From Rebecca billardiae RCC1528 (lineage: Eukaryota; Protista; Haptophyta), in assembly GCA_965240325.2 (NCBI GenBank), contig OZ251237.1, positions 1,116,001 to 1,180,000 of the forward strand: DNA of 64,000 nucleotides. The letters are read 5' to 3'. A model generated the notes under the pieces. It had not been told where the DNA came from. It was given only the letters and a program-made list of their open reading frames with translations, and made no database searches. Position 1 is the stretch's first letter; each line of letters begins with the position of its first letter. Below, in pieces: positions 56,645-64,000 of the stretch. The position numbers were made by a program, and so were the translations under genes.

Positions 56645-57721
56645 ATGGCGCCAGGGATCCAGCTGGGCTTCTGCTCCGTGGCGCCCGACGAAGCGGACGT
56701 GCATTGGGCGAGCCCGTCGTTCGCCCCCGACGAGGTCGACGACGCTCACGTGCAGGCCGCGGCGCCGGGCACGGAGGCGAGCGCTCGCGAGCCAGTCTTC
56801 GAGCTCATCTTCAATCGGACGTTGCACTGCCTCGCGCGCGTGCGCCTCCCGGACGGTGTCGACGCGGCTGTGGCGGAGCACGCGCGCCTCACCCTCGCGG
56901 AGATCGCGGCGCCGCTCCCCGGCGACGTGCACGTCCACAGGGGCGAGTTTGTCGCGCTCGGTGGCGGCGAGATCGATCCCGGGGAGGAGGTGGAGCGGAG
57001 CGAGGACGGCACGCGGCTGTGCCGCACGACGATCGAGACGGAGGCGGCGAAGGCGTTCGTGAAGCGGCTGACGATGCTCTTCATGTTCCTCATCGACGGC
57101 GCCACCATCGTCGACTTTGACGACGCGCCCGAGCGCTGGACGCTCTTCACCGCCTGGCGCGACGACGCGCTGCTCGCGGCCGCCACCACCTACACGTTCG
57201 TCTTCCCGCTTCGCCGGGTGCGCATCTGCCAGTTCGCCGTGCTGCCGCGGCACCAGCGGCGCGGGCTGGGCGCGAGGCTGCTCAACGCCATCTACGCGTT
57301 CGCCGCCGGCGCCGACGCCATCGAGGTCTCAGTGGAGGACCCGTCGGCAGGCTTCGTCGCGCTGCGCGACACGGTCGACGCGTCGCGCGCCGCCGCGCTC
57401 TGCGCCGTCGACGACGGCCCGCCGAGCGCCGACGAGATGCGCAAGCTGCAGGCGCGGCTGATGCTCACGCGCGAGCAGGCGCAGCGCGTCGTCGAGATCC
57501 TGCGCCTCCGCCGCCTCGAGTCCGCCCCCGCGGCCGAGCAGGCCGTGACCGACTTCCGGCTCGGCTGCAAGCGCCGGCTCCTCTCGGCCCACAAGGAGAC
57601 GCTCGCGCCGCTCGAGACGGAGGCGCGCAAGCGCGAGCTCGGCGAGATGTACGACGCGCTCACCGCGTCGTACCGCGTGTGCGCCAAGAAGATTGGCGCC
57701 CTGCCCGGCGCCAGCGAGTAG
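56645..57721 (+). CDS. HAT1: Histone acetyltransferase type B catalytic subunit (HAT1-like GNAT)
   Basis: FLIDGATIVD...W, RVRICQFAVLPRHQRRGLG, EVSVEDPSAGFVALRD. The start is uncertain. Confidence 0.82.
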   Translation: MAPGIQLGFCSVAPDEADVHWASPSFAPDEVDDAHVQAAAPGTEASAREPVFELIFNRTLHCLARVRLPDGVDAAVAEHARLTLAEIAAPLPGDVHVHRGEFVALGGGEIDPGEEVERSEDGTRLCRTTIETEAAKAFVKRLTMLFMFLIDGATIVDFDDAPERWTLFTAWRDDALLAAATTYTFVFPLRRVRICQFAVLPRHQRRGLGARLLNAIYAFAAGADAIEVSVEDPSAGFVALRDTVDASRAAALCAVDDGPPSADEMRKLQARLMLTREQAQRVVEILRLRRLESAPAAEQAVTDFRLGCKRRLLSAHKETLAPLETEARKRELGEMYDALTASYRVCAKKIGALPGASE

Positions 57722-58620
57722 CTCATCTTCAATCGTGTGTTCACGCCGCTGCGCCGCTCTCTCAGTCTCTGTGCTCGCGCACTACCGGGTCCGGGGCCGG
57801 CCCACGCCCGCCCACGGCCACGAACAAGTATGCGTCGAGCGGCACCGCGGTGGCCGCGCCGGACCGTGACAATAATGGTGACGACGACGGCCGCGAACAA
57901 GAACGCGACAATGTCTTAGCGGGTGACTGTCCGCCTGATGAGACCTGGTCCTGCTGAGGCTCGCGGAGGCAGCCAGCTCGGAGAGTGCGCCTTAGTAGTG
58001 AGTTAGACGTTAGTCTACTAGTGCTAAGTTAGGATCCGGAGTCAGTCGTGCGCGGGGCACGACGTCGATACCGTACGCCGCGGCCGCCGCGGTTTCAAGG
58101 CTAATAAGGCTCAATTAGTGCTCACTGCAGACTGCTCAATAATGCCTGCTACCGAGTGGCGGTACGCCGGGCGTATGCGGGCACGCGGGGAACCGTCCCG
58201 TACCGGCACCGTCGGCACGGCGGGCCGGCGGGCTGACGGCCAGCAGGCGCCAAACTGACAAATGCTCCGGGCTAGACTAACTACGACTACTACGAGTCCG
58301 GTCTCTTATTGTAACGCACGCGCGCTGATCGGTCGTCACTCGTCAATCACAGTCAGTCAGACTCATCAGTATTCATTCACTGTCACAGTTGTCGCGCGTC
58401 AGTCGACGGCTCTCTGTCGTCAGCTCTCGCCCAGCAACGGTTACGACTAAGGCTAAGCTACGAGCAGACAGCAGTCGCGCGCGCCGCTGGCGCTGGCCAG
58501 CTTGGCCTTGGGCTGACAGTTACGAGCATTGCACAGCTGCTGGCTGAGTGACTGGCCGCGACACGCCGACACTAAGCCTGTTCGCAGGGTCCGTTACCAG
58601 CGTGACACAGACGCCCCTGC

Positions 58621-61600
58621 TCACACGAGGCCGTCCAGAGCTGGCCACCAGTGCACAATCTCGGCAGCCACCAGCTCGGGCGCCTCGTCGTGGGGGCAGT
58701 GGCCCGCGTCGAGCTCGGCGACCGACACGCCCGGCCGCATGCGCTTGAGCAGCTTCGCGCGGCTCTGCGCGAGCTCGGCGCCGGTGAGCGGGTCGAGCGC
58801 GCCCTGCGGCACGAGCACCGGCCCGCTGAAGCCCGTCTCCGGCCCGAGCACCTCGTTGAGGGACCTCTGCGGCGGCAGCTTCTGGCCGGACGCGATCACG
58901 TTCGGCGCACCCGGGTCTGAGCTGTCTCGGTCGATCGACTCGACGAGCGCCGCGTCCGCCGCGGCCGGGACCGTCGGGTAGTATTTGACGAGCAGGCTGC
59001 GCAGCTGCGGGCGGAGGTAGCGGATCAGGCCCCAGCCGAAGGCGTCGAGGAGCGGCTGCCCGCCGAACGGCGGCGGCGCGTAGCTCGCGCCGAGCGCGCG
59101 CGGGTCCGAGCGCACGCGCAGCGTGAGCTCGCCCACCGTCCGCCCCTTCTGACTCTCCAGCTCAGAGGCGAAGTCGGAGGGCTCGATCAGCCTGCACGCG
59201 CGCGGGGCGGAGGGGGCGGGCCGCGCGCGCGGAAGGGCGGGGTGGGGGTGGGAACGGCGGGAAGCACGCGGGCGGATGGCGTGCCCGTCAGCCAGCGCCC
59301 CCGCGCGTGGACGTGCCGTGCACGCGCGCCGCCTTTGCGGTGCGCGCGCGGCCGGCGCCGCGCGCGCACCGCCCTGCCGTGTTGCAGAGAACAACGCCCT
59401 TGCACAGGTGCCTCAGGTTGGAAGCGACGCCGCTGGCGAGGCCGCCGCCGATCGAGTTGCCCGCGATCACGAACGGTCCTGCGCCCATCACCTCGAGCGC
59501 AAAGTCCACCACCTGCGCCTCCCAAAGGTGCTGCGTGTACGTAAGGCCTGCGGCGCGTGGCGGCGCGCGGCGCGGCGGCAGGCGCGGCGCAGCGGCGCGC
59601 GCGGCGCGGTGGCGGGCGCGCGCGGCGCGGTGGCGGCGGTGAGCGCCGGGGCGCGTGCTGGCGGGCGCGCATGCGCGCGCGCGCGCGCGCCGCCGAGCCG
59701 CGCGCGCCACTGCCCTCCCGCCCCTCCCCCCCGCGCGCACGCGCCGACGCACCTGGCTTCTCCGAGTGGCCGAAGCCAATCAGGTCGAGCGCGTACATGC
59801 GCGGCACTGGCAGCCCGGCCGCCGAAAACTGCAGCCGCAGCTGGCGCGCGAGGCGCTCCCACTGCTCGGAGGAGGCGCCGAAGCCGTGCACCATCAGGAT
59901 CTGCACCGCCTCGGGCGCGGACGCATCCGCGGGCACGGGCAGCGCGTCGAGCGTCTCCCCGCTCGCCGGCCACACCGCGTAGCGCGTCAGGTGCTGCCGC
60001 GCCCATCGCCAGTACCCGTACACTGGAATCTCGCGCTCGAGATTGGGCGCGGTTTCGTCAGCCGGAAGCGGCGGCTCCGACGGCTCGGGCGCGGGCTCGG
60101 AGCTCTGTGGCGGCGTCGCGACGGCGCCGGGGCTCGCGCCGCCGGCTATGCGCGCCGCCTGGATCTCCAGGTCCCTCCGCGCAAGCAGGCGGTGCCACCT
60201 GCAACGATCGCGCGCGCGCGCGCGCGCGCGGCCGGCGCGGCGCGCGCGGCCGGCGCGTGTTTGGTGTCTGAGCAGGAGGCAGGCCGCAGCGCTGGGGCGC
60301 GCGTGCGTGCCACGCCGGGAGGGGGCGAAGGCGCGCGCGCGCGGCGCGTGCGCGGGCAGCAGCCGCACTCGCGGACCACGGCGCGCGTGGCTCGTGCGTG
60401 TGCGCGCGTGCGTGCGGGCCGCCCAGCGCGCCCCGGCGCGGTGCGGCGCTGTGGCACGGCGCGCTCACTCTTTCCACTCGATCAGGTCGATGAGCGCGCC
60501 GAGGTCCGAGCGGCCCCACCACTGGCTCTCGAACGCGGGCCCGCGCGCCGCGCCCTCCCCGCTCTCCTCCGCCTGCTGCACGCGGCGCACCACCTCGCGC
60601 ATCGAGAGGGCCCCCAGTGAGAGCGCGGGCGAGAATGCCCGAGTGACCGCCTCACGCAGGGCCAGCCGTGCCGCCACAGCCTCGGCGGAGGGCGGTGCGC
60701 CGTCGGAGGGCGGGAGGATCCACTGGGCGGCGGCGGCGTGCAGGCTGGGCGGCGAGAGTGGCACCACGATGTCGTCGAGATCCATCTCGTCCTCGCCCTC
60801 CTCGTCGTCCATGCCACCGTCGTCGTCGTCGTCGACGTCGTCCAGATCCAAAGGATCGTCTGCGCCGTCGGCGTCGGCGTCACTCGTGATCTCCTTGCCG
60901 ACGCCGCTCTCTAGGCTGTCCTCGTCCTCGTTGGCGGGGGCGGAGGCGCTCGAGTGCGAGGATGCCTCTGCGGGCGCGCTGCCGCCGCCCAGCTCGGACG
61001 CCTCGCTGCCCGCCGCGACGCCGTCGTCAGCGCGGTCGCTGCCCTCGTCCTCCTCGTCCGGCTCGTCGTCGTCGTCGTCCGGCATGTCGCGCGGCATCGC
61101 CTCCGAGAAGTATCGGCCGCAGAAGGCGGTGCGCCCGTCGCGGATGTACTCCTCGACGGCCTGCATGGCCGACCGCTCCGTGCACCACGCGCCCAGCACC
61201 TGGTCGAACGGCTCCGTCGTGGCGAACTTGGCGCGCGCGCGCGAGATGCGCTTCGCGCGCGGCGAGTGCTGGTCTGCCACTTCGAGCAGCGCGCCCACCG
61301 TGGGCAGGGGCTGGGACTTGAGGCGGTCGAGCGTGCGCAGCGCGCGCGGGGCGGGGCGTGGAGCCGCGTACGGCACCTCGCGCGCCAGCCGCACGTACTC
61401 GTCGTACGTTGCGGGCAGGTACTTGGCCGCCGCGCCTGTGGACGCCCACGGGGCGTCGGGCCGCAGACCGGGTGTCCACACGCGCACGTCCACGTCCGCT
61501 TTGAGGAGCGCGTCGCGCACGGCGGTCTGGGCCTCGCGGAACTTGCACGTGACGTCGTTCACGATCACGTGGCACACCGACGCCTTGGTCTCCTTCGCGA

Positions 61601-61985
61601 TCTCGGCGATCGCCTTGGCGCAGTTGCCCCGGCGGAAGACGAGGCTCGAATCGTACCTCGAGCGCAGCTCTGAGTCGAGGCCGAGCAGCGCGCTGTGCAG
61701 CCGGCGCAGCGTGGGCTCCGGGCAGTCCAAGTGCAGGTCGTCGTCCAGGATGAACGTCGGCACGCACAGCGCGTCGGCGGCCGCCGCGGCGGAGAGCCCG
61801 CCGTGGTCGCTGATCCGAAGGTCGCACGCGCCGGTGAACCACACGATGTGCACCGCCTCAGTCTGCGTGCAGCGGATACGCTGGCGAGGCGGCGGCGGGG
61901 CGGCGACGACGCGGCTCACGAAGCCGCGGGGGTGCGCCAGAGCCGGCGCGTCGAGCAGCAGGAGCAGCAGCCCCAGCGGGCTCAT
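58621..61985 (-). CDS. Photolyase-like N-terminal domain fused to a pheophytinase-like alpha/beta hydrolase, with a signal peptide
   Basis: Exons 61985-60469, 60198-59753, 59547-59370, 59191-58621. IVWFTGACDLRISDHGGL...PTFILD is the photolyase N-domain. Hydrolase motifs: MVHGFGASSEQW, DLIGFGHSEKP, GNSIGG, GALDPL, AGHCPHDE. Confidence 0.85.
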
Positions 61986-62357
61986 CGTGCAGCCCCGGAA
62001 GGAAAAGACGCCGGCGTCGGCGGCGGCTCGGTGTCGGCGGCCGACCTCGTCGGTGGCTCGAGAAGACGGCCAATCACATCACACACGATCCGTCCGGCTG
62101 TCCTGACGAGCAGCCGGTTCTTGCAAAGGTGAGCCGCGCGCGCGATGACGCCATCGTGGAATTCTTGACGTAATTTCCGCCAGCTTTCGAATCCAACTGC
62201 CCCGTCACTCCCGTCGTCTGACAGCCGCCAGTCAAGCGGAGCCCGGAGGACGCGGGCGGCTCTCACCCGCGAGAACGGGCACGAGAACGGCGTGGCGCGT
62301 GCCGAGACGCTGGCGCGCGAGACCGACCACACCCAGCCGCCCGTGCGATCCAGTGTC

Positions 62358-63201
62358 ATGCCAAAGCCCAAACCACTCGCGAGGGCCGGCTCGCTCTGGA
62401 ACCACGCCCTCGCGATGTGCGAGAAGGAGTTCCCCGACGTGTACAACCTCCTCCGGCCCGTGATTAGCGCGGAGGTGCACGAGCTGCACGACTACTACAA
62501 TCTCGCCTGTCTACCAGTCATCGTGGGCTGGGCGCTCTATTTCATCCAGACGGGGAGCGGCTTCACCACATTCGCGACGCTCACGTACGCCTACTTCATC
62601 GTCGACTGTCTCTGGGTGATCCTCAAGCCGTCGTGCGTCAAGTCGCCGGGCGTGATTGTCGGTCATCACGTGCTCACGATGTTGTACATTCTGATCCCCG
62701 TCGCGTATCCCGCGCTGCGGCTTTACATGGTGCGCGCGCACAACCCACACCCTCAACACACCCAGGCTTCAGTTGACACAGTTGAAGGAATAACACACTA
62801 CACAGCCCAGGCACCCTCCAGCCCATGTGGACTGATCTGTGTGACCAACGCTGTCGCCCCGCGCGTGCCGCTGCCCTCAGGCGGAGTGCCTCCTCGTCGA
62901 GGTGAACACGTTCTTCCTCATCCTGCGGAGACTATGGCACGTGCCGCCCGTGAGCGTGTGCTTCTACGCCACGTGGATCGGCATCCGCCTCGTGCTCTAC
63001 CCGTACCTCATCTGGGAGTTCTGGCTGCTCTACTATGGGCAGATGCGACAAGGGCACTACCTGCACCCGTTCATCTTCTGCCCGGTCTTCCAGACCATCC
63101 TCACGCTCTTGAACATCAAGTGGACAATGGATCTCGTGAAGCGCAAGCTCAAGACGATGCGCGACCCGAATGGCAAGGAGGCGGTGGAGAAGGGGCTGTG
63201 A
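62358..63201 (+). CDS. TLC (TRAM/LAG1/CLN8) domain membrane protein
   Basis: Exons 62358-62729 and 62881-63201. Motifs: YFIVD, VGHH, EVNTFFLILRR, FYATWIGIRLVLYP, LNIKWT. Confidence 0.82.
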
Positions 63202-64000
63202 GTCGCGTGTCGCTGCGACTCTGCGGCGGCTCCGGCCGCGGCGCGGGCAATGGGCCGGGAGTCGCCATATTGCCCGCGGCGGGTGCCAATGGCGGCTGCC
63301 TTTCCGTGTGTGCGGCGGCCGCGGCTGGAATTTCACACTGGTACCGCACAGGTCCCAGCAGGTTGTAATATTTGTAAACACACACCGGGCCCATCAGGGG
63401 GGCCTGGCCAGGCAGCAGCAGTGAGCAGACAGCAGTCCGCAGTGCGCCTGTGGCCTGGGTTATTGTTAATATTTGTTATTCCATGAGCATGAGCATAAAT
63501 TGAATAGTGATTATTGTCGTAGTATTTTAATTAAGTAGCTTTATATAATATAATATTTATATTAAATATCGCGACGCCGCCAATCTGAATCTGAATCGGG
63601 CACTATTGATTAACTATTGAGTATTGGCGCACAGGTCGTGTCTACTGCGCATTACAGATTGCGCGCGGAATGATTAGTGACCGCGTCAGCACGGCCGGCG
63701 GCCCCACGCAGCACGCTAGTAGTAGCTATATACTATCTATATATATATAGGCTCCCCGGGCCCGCTCTCCCGGTACTCGCTCGGTAGGCGACAGGCCGCG
63801 TTATAATACATGTCAGCTCCGATGACTACTAATATATCATGACGAACTCAGTCGCATCGAATCTAAATCTTACGAGTCGGCCGTGGGCCGCGCAATCCGC
63901 GCCTGATGACTCGGATCCGCCCTGGGCACCACCGATTAGTGCCACAATGCTGTCCGAATTACAATGTTGCTCAACGAAAGACGAATAATCTGCGCGCGTC

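Overview
Eukaryotic nuclear DNA: very GC-rich, gene-dense (about 25 protein-coding genes), with short spliceosomal introns. Signal-peptide-led plastid proteins plus the GC content point to an alga with a complex red plastid, most plausibly a haptophyte (inference). Most ORFs in the six-frame track are GC-driven shadow frames, so genes were rebuilt exon by exon. They encode a Rieske oxygenase, a 3,434-aa GH16(KRE6-like)-EGF-GT48 beta-glucan synthase fusion, a PKD2-like channel, mago nashi, a MAP2K, a 2OG-Fe(II) oxygenase, CDC14, DGD1, a YrhK-like protein, a PhnP-like hydrolase, a SETD9-like protein, bystin, a securin-like protein, an SDR, an AK-HSDH, two tandem SET paralogues, a Ycf45-like ATPase, NOP2, AP-4 epsilon, HAT1, a photolyase-like/alpha-beta hydrolase fusion, a TLC protein and two orphans. 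Best leads: (1) a single-polypeptide beta-1,3-glucan synthase with a luminal KRE6-type GH16 module; (2) a candidate securin/PATRONUS-like separase inhibitor; (3) an aspartokinase whose HSDH domain has lost its catalytic and cofactor motifs; (4) membrane-anchored SET paralogues with a precise intron presence/absence difference; (5) introns with self-complementary GTGCGC...GCGCAG ends; (6) a ~175-nt structured non-coding element and a dispersed, possibly TA-targeting ~180-bp repeat. No rRNA, tRNA or CRISPR array was seen. Family assignments come from motifs recalled from memory; no searches were run.
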